A stretch of DNA of 61,765 bases, counting the filler, from Isurus oxyrinchus (lineage: Eukaryota), in the NCBI GenBank assembly GCA_026770705.1. It is 3 parts of 3 records of this genome, joined end to end, with 100 filler letters (N's around TTAATTAATTAA, not from the genome) between each part and the next. Parts side by side here need not be neighbours in the genome. Positions count along the whole stretch, not along the records: positions 25,537 to 50,447 come from JANJGN010005252.1; 2 more parts are not named here. One strand, written 5' to 3'. Position 1 is the stretch's first letter, and every line of letters begins with the position of its first letter. Made by a program: the position numbers and the translations under genes. Under the pieces are notes generated by a model. That model saw nothing but the letters and a program-made list of their open reading frames with translations. It was not told the origin of the DNA and did no database searches. Positions 25,537-39,170 of the stretch are shown here, in pieces.

Positions 25537-27214
25537 TGACTTGGGACCAGCCCCTTGGAATCATTAACAAGACTTGTGATTAATGGGCACTTCGTATCAG
25601 ATAAACCCTGCACCTAGAAGAAATTCCCAGGTTTTGAGCAACTAAACGGTCATCCAGGTTCTGGGGACAATTCCCAGCGTTTATGTTCTCTGCTGAGTCT
25701 GCTAGGCCTACGTGTTTGATACTAATCCCAGGATTTATGCTCCCTGATGCTTCTAATATCCCCCAGTCTCTAGGAATCACATCCAGGGTTTGTGCACCCT
25801 AGAGCGTCAGGTGCACCACAGGCTCTCGGAATCATTCCTTTGGTTTCTGCCACAATAGCATCATGCTCTGAGAATCATTCCTAGGATTCACACCCTGGTA
25901 CTTGAGAGAGGATACAGGTTCTGGGAATCAATCTCAAGTTATTAATTCATTTGAAATGAAAGTCAATATACCCAATGGAGATGAACCTGGACTGCTTGGG
26001 CATATTGTTGCTGGGCAGATCTTTGTATAAAAACGCTCCTTTGCTAACACCTGGGTTCTTGTTGCCTTTCTATCAGCGGGCTGGAAACTGATTGTTGAAG
26101 TTTCTGCACAGCAGCCACAGATGTTTCCTGTAAATTGCAATGTGACGTATCGCTCCTCCCTGATGATAGATTTCTGGGATCCTGCCAATTTCTGAGGAGC
26201 AGACATATGGGATGAACGTGTTGTTCAACAAACTGGGAATAAATTCATCAGTTAATGAATCGTTAGGCAATGTCGATCTAAATTGTGTTTCTCATGAGAT
26301 GATATGAAGGAAACTGCGTTTGGTGAATGGCATGTTCCAAACAGAATAAATGTGAGGTCAACAGTTTGGGATTTTAATTAATTAAGGCCAATTTGATTCT
26401 GATAATTGCGAAGTTCCTTTACAATCCTGTAGAAGGGAATGCCAGCTGAGCTGGTATCACACAGAAATAAAGAACACATTAACTACAATGATACCAATAT
26501 TTGATTCCTTAAATAAGTTTCTACTTCACCCAATAACCTGCAGTTGGCAGAGCGACAGCCCCAGTCTGGAGACTGACTGTGAACTCAAATTATTCACTGT
26601 AATGTTAGTACAATTATAATGGCAGGCTTTATAATTTCATATGTAACCTGTTGGTACAGTTTGTGTTGGCATCTGAAAAGCTGAACTTTAATTGCACAAT
26701 AAATTCAATGATTTCTCTTCCTTGGTGAAAATTAACAACATCAAAAAAAAAATCAAACTCGTGATGCCCCGAATCTCTGAATATAATTTCTGGTTCAGTG
26801 GTTACAGCCTGATCGATATTGTTTTATCTGCATTTCTAAATATCCCCATGGTTTGTGGGATGCATATGTCACATCAATAAGAAAGCTAGGCACGGTGATT
26901 TAATTCTCAACTAAATAGGGTTCGGCTGGACTATGCAGTCTTACCACACAAACACTCCTTGGTGTAAATCTCAATGTCTCCCATTTAGAATCGTTCAGTG
27001 TGAAATGAAAGAGCAATATTCAGACTGGTGAACTGAGATCCTGTGGAAAATTGATTCACCAGGAATTGTTTTAAAGTGAAGCTGCACATTTTACGATGGA
27101 TTATATCTGAAATTAAGTGATATTACTCCGAAACATTTCATGTCATTGGACAAATATCATCGCTTTCTCTGGACAAATATCAGTAACATTTGTATGTTCT
27201 GTCCCACAGGTAGA

Positions 27215-27530
27215 GAAAAATGGAAATAAGAAAGACTTGCAGTTACACATTGCATTTCACAACCACAGGATACCTTATAGCTCTTCAAAGGCAATGAAGA
27301 TTTTCTATTTCTAAATATATAATCACCAACGTAGTGCAAGGAAACGTGGCCGTGAATTCACGCACAGCAAGATCCAATAAACTGCACTGCGATAAATCAC
27401 CAGATAATCTGATTTTGGGATGTTGCCTGAGTGATAAATATTGGCCTTGGACACAGGGGAGATCTCTCCTGATCTTTGAAATAATTCCATGGGAGCGTTT
27501 ACATTCATCTGAGAGGAATTGGACACTTAG
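27215..27530 (-). mobile_element. SINE fragment (Deu-domain/SacSINE-like)
   Basis: Resembles shark SINE consensus from memory; related pieces near 36800-37050 and 39170-39340. Confidence 0.5.
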
Positions 27531-27807
27531 CACATGTGAGGTGTTTATTGGGAATGCAAAGATTCGCGCTGAATCAATTTAAAACTGAGGCTGCTTTGGA
27601 AAGAGAGTGTCTCATCCCAAAGCATAAACAGACAATCTAAAAAGATACGTTTGTGGAACACGGAATATTAATGGTTAATCATTGTTTATACAGCTGGACT
27701 CAGACAGGAAAAAGGAGGAGGAGCCAGGCTGTTAACTGGGGGAGGAGAGTGACTCCCATTCTCCAGCTTTGTCTCTCTCTCTCTCTCTCTTATTTGACTC
27801 TAGCCGG

Positions 27808-27815
27808 TATAAATA
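27808..27815 (+). promoter_or_regulatory. VH TATA box
   Basis: TATAAATA about 98 bp upstream of the leader ATG; no canonical octamer seen nearby. Confidence 0.65.
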
Positions 27816-27905
27816 GCGGGACGGTTCAGCTCCTGGTTCACAATCCGCAGGTGTCACTGCGACGGAGAGTCACGCTCCCAAGTCAGTTATACCTAGAGAC
27901 TGAAG

Positions 27906-27951
27906 ATGGGATTTGCGCTGTGCCTTTGCTTCTTATTGGCTTGCTTCACCT
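27906..27951 (+). CDS. IGHV: IgH leader exon
   Basis: MGFALCLCFLLACFT, phase-1 donor GTGAGT. Confidence 0.92.
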
Positions 27952-28076
27952 GTGAGTATTCCTGACTGTATAAGTGATACAATAAAGTCTGCTTCTTGTC
28001 TGATATCGTGTTGCTATTTAAGTTCAATGATTTGATTGTTTTCTAATGTAATTACATTTTTTCCATTCGCAAACAG

Positions 28077-28378
28077 ATGTCCAATCCGCCATTGTGCTGA
28101 CTCAGCCGGCTGCAGAGACCGCTAAGCCGGGACAATCTCGCAAACTGTCCTGTTCGGTGAGCGGGTTCAGTCTGGACAGCTACTATGTGAGCTGGGTTAA
28201 ACAAGTTCCTGGGAAAGGGCTGGAGTGGCTCCTTGCTTACAGAAAACCCTCGGATACCACGTATTACGCGCCTGGAGTGGAAGGTCGAATCAACCCATCA
28301 AGAACTTCATCCACAACTTACATTGAGATCAAAAATCTGAGAACCGAAGACACCGCGAGGTATTACTGTGCAGGAGGC
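28077..28378 (+). CDS. IGHV: IgH V exon (IgW-like), unrearranged
   Basis: YVQSAIVLTQPAAETAKPGQSRKLSCSVSGFSLDSYYVSWVKQVPGKGLEWLLAYRKPSDTTYYAPGVEGRINPSRTSSTTYIEIKNLRTEDTARYYCAGG. RSS CACAGCG, 23 bp, ACATAAACC (28379-28417). Confidence 0.95.
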
Positions 28379-28801
28379 CACAGCGACCTGAACAAGCCCA
28401 GAACTCGTACATAAACCACAGAAGAATAATTACAGCGAATCATAGGTCAGTATTAGCTCAAAATAGGTTAAGAGATGTGTTTGAACCTAGCTTGAAAAGT
28501 TACATTTTCCAAGGAAATAAAGTGGTGAATAATAAAAACCAAAAATGACTAACTCTGTATATTAAAGAGCATAGATACCGCTTAGAATGTGCACAACTGA
28601 TGACTAGGAGCCAAGTGGAAATATTAACAAATTATTAGGTGAATGGGGATAATTTTAGCCCAAAGTTCTGCTCCTGAGTAAAACTCTTGGATGAATTGCA
28701 ATCAAAATCTACAAACCTTCTGCTGACTGAAAGGTTTTATTTATACACTGACTCACAGTCAGTGTGTGAGAGCAGTATTTGTGCCGGCTTGTGTCACTGT
28801 G

Positions 28802-28815
28802 TTACTACATTGGGT
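28802..28815 (+). CDS. IgH D1 segment (12/22 RSS)
   Basis: AGTATTTGT, 12 bp, CACTGTG | TTACTACATTGGGT | CACGGTG, 22 bp, ACAAATACC (28774-28853). Confidence 0.93.
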
Positions 28816-29196
28816 CACGGTGCTGTGTATAGCGAACTCCTCATACAAATACCCCAGAGAGGGAGTTTGATCAAATCTGCGATCCATATCACAGCAGGAA
28901 AATCAAATAAAATAAATATGACCAACAATAAGGGTTTGAAGGAACACTGAATTACGAAAAATGTATAAAAGTCTCCATTTTTTACTAATTTTGATTGTCT
29001 TGCTAAATAGGGGCACAGATGTTAAAGGCATATTTCGGTCCATTTATAAACATAATGAAAAATTCTAACTGAAATATCACAGTGATGTATTCCTCGAGTA
29101 TTCAGTATCAGGTTTCTCAGGCCGCTGTGGATTTGAATCTCTGTATTTCTCATTTAACAGTCCGCCGCATTTTTTGTCATGGTGCGTCTCACAGTG

Positions 29197-29210
29197 ATAC
29201 AACTGGATGG
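29197..29210 (+). CDS. IgH D2 segment (12/12 RSS)
   Basis: ATTTTTTGT, 12 bp, CACAGTG | ATACAACTGGATGG | CACAGCC, 12 bp, GCAAAAACC (29169-29238). Confidence 0.93.
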
Positions 29211-29600
29211 CACAGCCGTTACTGTTAATGCAAAAACCTCATCGGGGCTAATTGATTGCATTTCGGTCGATGCATTTTGTTTTTTTACAATACAACCATT
29301 TTAACCAAAGCCCAAACTGTGCCTGGAACTGCCCAATTGACAGGTTTCAAGAGGTGCTAGTGTGTTAATTATTAAATCATTGGCTGCTGCTTTCAATGCA
29401 TGATCATCAGTTACTCTGTGAAATACAGAAAAAGTGTAATTTATAAACTTTAGAAATTCTTTAACAAATTTACTATTCTGATAAAGCAGGTCATGATTTT
29501 ACTCTGCCTCTCCGCTCGGAATTTAAACTAATATTGAATTTCTCCCCTTGTGTGCAGAACTGGTTATTGTGTGACCCAGACCAGCGAATGTAACACTGTG

Positions 29601-29648
29601 ACTATGCTGGCTACTGGGGACAAGGGACCATGGTGACGGTGACTGCAG
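29601..29648 (+). CDS. IGHJ: IgH J segment
   Basis: GGTTATTGT, 23 bp, CACTGTG (29562-29600); YAGYWGQGTMVTVTA; donor GTAAGA. Confidence 0.95.
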
Positions 29649-31524
29649 GTAAGAAACATGCCTTCATTCTGTGCTGTTGGATTTGCTTCATTGTCTCATA
29701 TTTGTTTATTTTAGACATTAATATGTTAACCAAAACATTGCATTGGTGGATTCTGTGTTTACAATGTTTCATTTAATTCTGCCGCAAAGGGATTTAACAA
29801 TTGCTTCTCGGCAAAAAAAAACAATGGGAGTTTTAAGGACTTGTTTGAGTGATTTGTCTTTTTTCTGCTGATGAGGCTTTGTGCCTGGCTTACTTTAAAT
29901 ATTTGAGTTTTGTTAAAGAATTTGGTGTTTCTACTGCTGCAAGTTTTGTAATCGACTGAAAGTATTGTGTTTAAAAGTGTTGGAAATAAGATTGTAGACA
30001 GGAAACCGAGTGCTATCAAGGTCAAAATGTCTTTTTAAGCTATGGATTTTATAATAAATGTTTGTCATGTTTATTTGTGTTAACTGCGCTGAAAAATATC
30101 AATATAAGGTTGACGAACTTTCACCTTAAATAAGTGAAATGCTACGATAAGTAGGAACAACAGAGTTAACAAATTTCCTGCCAGAATCAGGCTTAAAATA
30201 ATACAACTTGAAACATTGTAATGCTGTAATATTCCTCCCCATATTACTAAAGTATACCGTGAAAATCAAACAATGCATTAAACATGACCCATCGAAATAC
30301 AATTCTTCTGCCATTGTTTCATATTTCTGTTTATTTTAATAAATGACTTGTTCAATGAAAGATGATTTCAGTGCGATGTATTGAGGTTTATTTGAAATGT
30401 TGCATCTGATTCTGCTGAAAGGACTTAGGTAATTAAGCAGTTGTTGGATTCAGTCCCTCGGTGTTCTGATTTGGTGCTAAGTGCTAAGGAGAGTATGTGC
30501 CTTGGGTTACTTTGAACAGTTAAAGCTCGTGGAACTGTTTGATGATTCTACAACGTGTAATGTCGATCACATCAAACATGTGTTGGTTATGTGCTTAAAC
30601 CATTGTGAAGGAGGGTTATAGTTACAAAGCAAACAGGCTTTTTAATCAATATTGAAAGATATATTGATGCATTTTTATTTCAGTGCCAATTGCAGATTGA
30701 ACAATTAATATTTTGTTTCTGATGCTCCTATTTAATACTTGAGGTAATAATGCAATGCTAAAGTACATAACCAGCGAAGTTCAACTGTGATGGGGAGTTA
30801 AATGAATATAACTCAAACGACTATAATGCGACAATATTTCCCAAGATTACAACAATAAAAAATAATATTGTTAGACATTTAGCAGATAATCTGTGCTATC
30901 CACAACAATGCTGCAAAACGCAGCACAATTAATAGCAGCCGGACAAATGCAAAGGTTCCAGCAATTTCCATTCTTTTTTTTAATATAATACACACTGATC
31001 GCACTGCAGTATTTAGTTCAAACAGTGATTTTAAATTAATTGGTTCCTCCCTGGTTTATGCAGGTTGAAAGGTGCTAATTATTTATCAATATTAAATGCG
31101 TTTCAGCTGGCTAATTTAATATATCTGCCGGGTTGTTGAACCTTTGCTGTGCAGCCAAACAGTTCCTTGAATTTTAGCCCATTATCACTAAGCTAATCTT
31201 AAACGGTTTGCAGTTAATGAATTGCTCAATAATACTCAAATTCAAAGAAAGTTCAGAATGCATAAGGCTGGAGATGGACAAACATTGCTATTGAAGCAGG
31301 TTGGCTGAATTATAAATGTAACTTCTGAATTGAAGAACAGCAACTAATCTTGCAGAGCTGTGAGATATCCGGGTTGAATTAAATGGGAGCTACCTTTAAT
31401 TCTCATTAAAATCGTTCTGTTTGCTCGCAGAGTTTCAGTGTCTCAGGTGATGCAAAGGAATTGTTATCTCTCAGTTCTGCATTGATGATTGTGGATCTTC
31501 ATTTCAATAAGTAGCATTATATAT

Positions 31525-31725
31525 TTAAACAGAAAATGCTGAATAAAACCTCAGCATGACTGGCAGCATCTGTCCATGGAGAAGCAGAGATCTGAAGAAG
31601 AGTCCTACCGATTTGAAATGCTAAGTCTGTTTCTCTCTCCACTGATGCTGCCAGACGTGCTGAGTTTTGCCAGCATTTTCCGTTTTTATATCAGATTTCC
31701 AACATCCGCCGCATTTTATTTCCAT
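31525..31725. mobile_element. Short Penelope-terminus-derived fold-back element
   Basis: Arms aaaatgctg..ctcagca..tggcagcatc and gatgctgccaga..gctgagttttgccagcatttt are inverted and match the 58071-58130 terminus. Confidence 0.6.
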
Positions 31726-33939
31726 TATATATTTGAAACTCATTTACGTGTAGATTACGGGAATGGTATATCAAAGCTTGGCTGTATTATTATCTAGGGG
31801 AGGCTCCGATAATGGCTACAATCTGGCAGGGATACATTAATTATTAAAAATAAAACTGCTGTTGAAATGTGGGATGATATTTAAACTCCGGAGTCCTGCT
31901 TCAGTGACTTGAGGATGATGCACTCCATTTTTTATTACCGATATGAGTACCCGAATAGTGTTTGAACAATTTTAAGCTGCCAACTTATAAATCTATCATG
32001 TGAAATACACGTTTAGAACAGAAGAGCTTTTATGTCGTGCCAACATAATCACAAACATGAAAACTTTACCAGAGTGTAGGTATAGGACCACCTTCTTATA
32101 ATTTTTGGTCATCTTAATTTATTAAAAGTAATATAATGTATTTGTCCGAAAGTGTATGGAATTATTTATTTAATTTAAGAAGAGTCACCTTAATTTAAAC
32201 AAGCCTATTATTAACAAGAGACAAATCAGAAGGAGAATAAAATTATTAACAAATTTGGCATAATGGTGTTAAATATCACCAATATGAAAATAGAGTCTAA
32301 GTTCAGTACGAATTCATTACAAAAAAATCTCTCAAATGTGCTGCGCTGAGTCCAGGATTAAAGTTAAAACTCATGGTGGAGAATTTTTTAAATTATTTTC
32401 AATTAACTTGGAAAGCAACATGTTTCTTAGTCAACTGCCTTCAGCTCCATTGGATGTTGCTGTACAATTTAATTAATTATCTTCGTGTTTTGCCTCAGCA
32501 GTTTCAATGATTATATATTAATCTGAAAGTATGTCAGTGAATAATAGGAGTACAGTGTAAATATCTCCCAATTTGTTAAATTCTTGCTCTGTTACAATGT
32601 CCCTGTTAGAGACATAAATTACCATGAATGTAAATTATTTTGATGAACCTGTTCTCAGCCAAACTAACTCTAAGGCTGTTGTGAAAACTGCACACAGACA
32701 GGGAGAAATTAAGGCCCATCAAAGGGAATTTTTCCATTTAGAATCAGAATAATTTCACAGAAGTGACGTGGTCATAAATTTACAAACGTTTTAATCTATT
32801 CAAACGGATTAATGGATACTGGAGAAATCTATCTTTAACAGACTGATTTTTGCATCGTTAATGTCTGTTCTGTTTCTATGTGTGTGGTCACTGTGTGGGA
32901 ATCGGGAGCCTTCTGGCTGTTTGTGAACTTTCTGGTTCATTGTCCTGTAATTCAGGGAATTCATTTCGAACCATTTATTTAAGAAGTTTGTATATCCGAG
33001 AAAGGTGCAAATCTGTTCTAAAGTTTGAGAAGGTGCCTCAGAAATCAGATCAGTATTCCAGTTTGTGGAATTCAGAAGGAAAGCAAAATGTAGAAAGATA
33101 TTTTTCTGTTCAGTGTTTGCTGTATCAGAGCCGGTGGTTTGTTGATGGCCCAGTCTAAGCACAAGTTTTAACTAACAATGCGGAATAGAGGGCGTTTTAG
33201 AATGCATCCCACCATTACTGTTCCTGAAATACAGCGCTTCACAGGACTGTGCAAAGAGACTTTTAGTATAATTCACTTGTTCTGTATCTGACATGAGAGT
33301 GTTGGCATTGTCAATGGTCAAGGAACTTTAACCACTATCAAACATATTAATTGCTCCGAATTAGATATGTAAAAGTAAATGCTTAAATTCCTCCAATGAA
33401 GTAGCAGATCGTTAATTTAACGTACATTTCATTCTTAAAAAAAAGCTATGTTTGTGATGAAGGCTTGATGATTAAACATTTTCAATATGAGATAATATTT
33501 GAATCAGATTGGCCTGATCTAAAGCTCAATTTCAGGACAGTTACAGGAAGTGACGGTAACGTTACCTTCTGCGATATGATCGAATCTGAAAATAAATTGA
33601 GCAACTTAAATGGACATTATGGTGCCTTACCCCGTGTCTCATACAAACTACGGTGGGAAGGAAAGCTGGAAAAATATGAGTTTAATTTAACTCAGTGCAC
33701 AACCTGATTCCAACTGCCCGAAGGACATTTGATGAACTATCAGAGAGGCAGTTTTACTCTTGTTCCAAGGGCTTTACTAGGGCTGTGGGTTTTATGTGGA
33801 ACTTCAATGTTCTTCTATCTTGTATCTAATCAGTACAGTCTGTGAACTGTAAACATTTGATTATGTGGTGGAGATGAAACACCTTTTTCTGGACATGTAT
33901 CTATTCATGCATCCATTTTTCATCCAACGATGCAAAGAT

Positions 33940-34340
33940 CGATATATTGAATGGTCTATCTATCTATCGATCGATCTGTCTTTCTACATATCTGTCTACC
34001 TGCCTATCATGTCTATCTGTCTATCTCTCTCTCTCTCTCTATCTTCTATCACTCTCTATCTCTATCTCTTTCTATCTCTCTCTCTCTCTCTATCTATCTA
34101 TCCAACCATCTGTTTATCTGCCTGTCTCTCTCNNNNNNNNNNNNNNNNNNNNNNNNNNNNNNNNNNNNNNNNNNNNNNNNNNNNNNNNNNNNNNNNNNNN
34201 NNNNNNNNNNNNNNNNNNNNNNNNNNNNNNNNNNNNNNNNNNNNNNNNNNNNNNNNNNNNNNNNNNNNNNNNNNNNNNNNNNNNNNNNNNNNTACCGATC
34301 TCTTTAACTCTCTATCTATCTATCTATCTGTTTATCTAAC
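33940..34340. repeat. (CTAT)n/(CT)n microsatellite with N gap 34133-34291
   Basis: Seen directly. Confidence 0.9.
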
Positions 34341-35126
34341 CAAGATAGCTGATAATAATTGATTATTTGTAAACATCATTGTGCATTGGCAAATTTGGAG
34401 AGTTAATTCAGAATTGTGATAGACCGAAAGCTAACTATCCATGCTATCAAATAGTCTCATTGAACAATTCTGGGTCATGCTTTATAAAAGTGCTAAAAAA
34501 TTGCCTGTAAGTAATGAAACTAGTCGATCCACCCGTTGGAGTTACATAATCTTTAGAGCAAATGCTGCCAAGCATCATCCAAGTTTATCCTCTGAAAACG
34601 ACAACGTGTTGATCATGAAACTAGAATAGATTTGTGTAAAAACCCCTCTGGCTCACTGATGTCCTTCCTGGAAGATAATCGGCCATCCTGGCCCAGAGAT
34701 AGCTAACTGTTTCTGTATTACAATAGTCATTTGCTGGCGATAAGAGGTTGATAGTAAAATACTTTAAGCGAGAGCTCATTGGAAATAATGTGGAAGCGTG
34801 TAAAGTGAAAGTGTTTGAGGAATGATTGATGTTTTCTTCAATAGAGGAGCAAGGGCTGGAGGAAGCCCAGGTTACAATATCCCGTATTTAACTCGCAATT
34901 ATGTGGCCTCATGTAAAGTATTTCCCTTTTCCGACTTGTGCAACATCTTGTGTACAAGACTGGCCATCATGGCAGCGTGTCCTGTCGGGCATATCAACTC
35001 CTAAATGCAGTTTATTACCAGGATATTTTGGAAATTAATTATATCAATATTAAACTTCGAACAATTTGCTTATTTCATAATCACGAATCACATTTTTAAG
35101 TTGTTCAATTGACTCTTAATTCGCAG

Positions 35127-35426
35127 TGACACCGTCTCCCCCCACCCTCTACGCTCTGCTCTCCTCCTGTGAACAAGCAAACACTGCCGGCTCCATCACC
35201 TACGGCTGTTTGGCTGCGGACTACTCCCCCGAAATCACCAGCGTTTCCTGGAAGAAAGATCAAGAGACGATCACAGCTGGATTGAAGACTTACCCATCAG
35301 TACTGAACAAGAAGGGAACCCACACCCTGAGCAGCCAGTTAACCATCACCGAATCAGAGGTGGGAAGCAGCACAATCTACTGCGAGGTTCGAAGGAGCAA
35401 CTCGGTCTGGCGGAAGGAAATGCCAG
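35127..35426 (+). CDS. IGHM: IgM C-mu1 exon
   Basis: [17 protein letters not shown]...[18 protein letters not shown]...[17 protein letters not shown]; cgcag acceptor, phase-1 GT donor. Confidence 0.95.
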
Positions 35427-36337
35427 GTTCGTGTTGTGGGATGCACAGGGCGGCAGTGGCGGGGCTGGGTGAAGGGTGAACGTGGTCAGCAAATGAGTTA
35501 TGTTCAAATTCTGCATCACATGGGTTAGAATGGATTGAGAATATTATGTATAGTTCAGGTGCCCATATCACACTTAGTGCATTGTGGATACCTGTATTCT
35601 CCACATCACACTTAGTGTGATATGTACAGCTGTGATCTCCGCATCACAGTTATTGTACTGTAGACAGTTTTTTCTTCCACATCAAAATGTAGTGTACTGT
35701 GTATAATTAGGGCCTCCACATCATAAAAGGTGTATTGTGTGCAGTTATTCCCTCCAAATCATATCGAATATACCATATGTAGTTCTGGTTTCCATGTAAG
35801 GAAAATGCTACAGGGGCGTTGCAATCGGAGCTAAACTATTTACAAGGACATTACCAGAGCTGATAGATTACTTCTGTCATGTAACTGCGAACAGGTTGGT
35901 GGTCAATTCTCTACAAAATAAAAAATTGTGGTGTGACCAAATAAAGGTCCTCAGACTTCTGAAATAATTTGATACATTAGACAAGAATTAGAGCTCATGT
36001 TTACAACAGAATGTTAAAAAGAAACGATTGGCTATTCTGAATCTTTACACAAAGAGTGAGCAGAATGTGGGAATTCCTGTAGGTGAGATGTTACCGAAAC
36101 TCTGTTCAGGGGAATCTTAATAGATACATGAGGGAGAATGTAAGGGAGGTATTTTTTTTTTCTGCTGAGAGGTGAAATAGGGCGAGAGGATGTTCGTGTG
36201 GATCCTAAACTCCAGCATTGTACTATGGGGCCGGTTGGCCTGGTTCTGTCCTGTGGATTTTATGTAATTAGTTTTACAGTTTTTAATTGTTTGGTTTGAA
36301 GCAATTTTAATTCCAAATAATATATATTTTCTTGCAG

Positions 36338-36649
36338 TTATTGTGGTGCATCATCCGACTGTTCTGCTCACCGTGAGCCCCAGTGAAGAAATCACAAGCA
36401 GCAGATTTGCAACCATCATCTGTTCAATCATTGATTTCCGTCCAAATTCAATCAAGGTGAAATGGCTGAAAAATGGACAAGCCATGGCCTCCGGCTTCGT
36501 CACCTCTCCCGGCTTTGAAGTGAACAGGAACTTCTCGGCGACCAGTCGGTTGACAGTCCCCGCTGGGGACTGGTTCAGTCACACGCTCTATACCTGCCAG
36601 GTCACTCATAAAAGGGTCACCCAAAGCCGAAACATCACCAAACCTGAGG
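36338..36649 (+). CDS. IGHM: IgM C-mu2 exon
   Basis: [12 protein letters not shown]...[15 protein letters not shown]...YTCQVTH...NITKPE; ttgcag acceptor, gtaaga donor. Confidence 0.95.
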
Positions 36650-37289
36650 GTAAGAGACACAACCCGAGGAAGTTCAAGGCCATTCTTGGTGTCAATCTCT
36701 TCCAAGCCAAGAAATATTTTGGAATGATTAAACGTCAGCGATTGTGTCCCATTTGCCAACTTGCCCATTTGTGTTTCCTTCCAAAGGAAACAAGAACACA
36801 CTAAAGAAATCCTTTCATTTATAAAGCGCCCTCCCCAGCATCAGATTTTCCCAAAACACTTAGCAGCCAATGAATGACCGTGGAAATGTGCTCATTGTGG
36901 TAAAGTAGAATATTCAGCAGCGATTTGCTGCACAACAGTCACCAAGACCCTGGGACATGATGCTGACAGGATTTATTTATTTATTTTTTGATTTCATTCT
37001 GTTTGTTCAGGTACACATGTTGTCCAGGAAATAGACACACTTCAGCTCAGCATTTCGAACGTTTTCTTTTCATTTTTATTTCAAATTTCCAGCAATATTT
37101 GGCTTCTGGAACTAAAGACCATTATTGGTTTTGCTGTTGGGGAGTTAAACTAACTCAGGAGGAGCGTGGGAACAACGAGAGAATTTCAGCATGTAATAGC
37201 ATGAATTCTGGGAGAGGCAGCTAACTCTAAAAGAGGGAATAGTCAGTTAATAGGCGGAGTCAGGATAAGGGAGCAAACAATGAATTCTA

Positions 37290-39170
37290 AATTAGCGTTG
37301 CACTGCATGTATGTGCATGCATGGAAAATAGTTAATAAAATGTGGGAGTTACAGGCACAGATTGCCTTTTGGGATTATTATGATAGGGTGATAACGGAGA
37401 CCTAATTTAAGGAAGGACAGAATTGGGTGATACAAGATGTTCATAAAAGACAGGAAAGGACACAAACTGGAGGCGGGGTCGTGGTGGCGTTTTTGTTTAA
37501 GGAGAGTATTTCAGTACTGGCGAAAAATAATGTGTCAGGCGATTCAAGGACAGAACCAATTTGGCTGGAGCAAAGGAATAAGAATGGTGCAATTACATTG
37601 CTGGGTGTAATGTATAGACCGCAATAGCTAGTGGGAAGATGGAGAGGAGCAAGTAAATAACAGAGAGCTGTAAATATCATCGAGTAGTCATAACGGAGGG
37701 GGAAGGGTACATTACCCGAATACATACTGGGATAGTAGTACTGTAAGGGGCAGTGAGGGAGCAGCATTCCTAGATCATATTCTGGAGAATTTCTGACAGC
37801 AGTGTGTGTCCAGTGCAAGGAGAAAGGAGGCACTGCTAGACCTGGTTCTTGGGAATGAGGTGGGCCAAGTAAAGAAACTGATAGGAGGCGAGCATTTAGG
37901 GGACAGTGATCATTGTATCATAAGGTTTAGGATGACGGTGGAAAATGACATTGATCAATCCAGGGAAAGAGCAGCCAACTGGCAGAGAGCAGACTTCAAT
38001 GGGGCAAGAATGGGCCTGGGCCTGATAGACTGGAACCAAAGGTTGGTGGGAAAAACAGTAGCTGAACATTGGGCTAACTTCAAAGAGAAGATGGTTTTGG
38101 CGCAGTCTAAGTATGTTCCCTCAAAAGAGAAGGGCAGGAGAAACAAGTCCAGAGCTCCCTGGATGGCAAAGGAGATAGAAATTAAGTTAAGGAAGAAAAG
38201 ATGTCTTACAACAGGTGTCTGGTAGCAAATACATTTGAGAACCAAGCTTAATTCAGAAGTTTCAGAAAGGATGTGTAAAAGCAAATACGAGAATCAAAGA
38301 GGGATTATGAAAAAAATACTGACAGCTAACATAAAAGGAAATCCCAAGGTATTCTATAAGCATATCAATCGTAAAAAGGTTGTAAAAGGAGGAATAGACC
38401 GATCAGGGATCAAAAAGGGGATTTACACATAGCGGCAAGAGGCATGGCTGAGGTGTTAAATGAATACTTTGCAGCTGTCTTTACCTACGAGGTAGATACT
38501 GCCCAGGTTATGGTGACAGAGGAGGAAACTCAGTCACTAGAAGGGTTTGAAATTGCTAAGGATGAGGTATTGCATCAGCTGTCGGCTCCTAAAGTGGATA
38601 AGTCTCCGGGACAGGGTGATATTCGTCTAAGAGTATTGAAGGAAGTGAGAGTGGAATTGCAGAGGCACTGACAATAATCTTTCAGCGTCCCCTGCATTTG
38701 GACGAGGTGTTAAAGGACTGGAGAATTGCAAATATTACGCCCTTGTTCAAAAAAGTTTGTAAAGGTCTTCCCTGCAATTACAGACGATTCAGTTTAACTT
38801 CGGTGGTGGGGAAACTTCTAGAAACAATTATTCCGGATGGAATTAATATCATGTGGGATAATGTAGATTGATTAGGAAGAGTCATCATGGATTTATTAAA
38901 GGAAAATCCTGTATAACTAACTTGCTGGAGTTTATTCAAGAGGTAACAGAGATGGTTAATGAGGGCAAGGCCGTTGATATGGTCTATTTGGATTTCCAAA
39001 AGGCTTTCGACACAATGCCACACAACAGACCTGTGAGGAAAGTTATAGATGATGGACTTAAAGGGACAATAGCTAACTGGATAAATATTTATATATATAA
39101 ATGATGTAGATCTTGGTTTGCAGGGGGCAATTTAAAGGATTGTGGAGGATGCAAAACTTGGGAGAATTTG
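37290..39170 (+). mobile_element. CR1 LINE ORF2 relic (endonuclease + RT) in the Cmu2-Cmu3 intron
   Basis: LLDLVLGNE, HLGDSDH, HGFIKGKSCITNLLEF, VYLDFQKAFD; multiple frameshifts. Confidence 0.93.

Noticed and set aside
25934-26206. ORF with faint FR1-like start (SQKSIIREERYVTLQ)
   Set aside because: No Ig hallmark residues or RSS.
27554-27561. Ig octamer in the VH promoter
   Set aside because: ATGCAAAG is a mismatch and ~250 bp from the TATA; shark VH promoters generally lack the octamer.
29649-35126. Class-switch region or defined intronic enhancer in the J-Cmu intron
   Set aside because: AT-rich, no tandem AGCT/G-rich repeats; only isolated motifs such as GTGACGTG near 32763, not enough to call.
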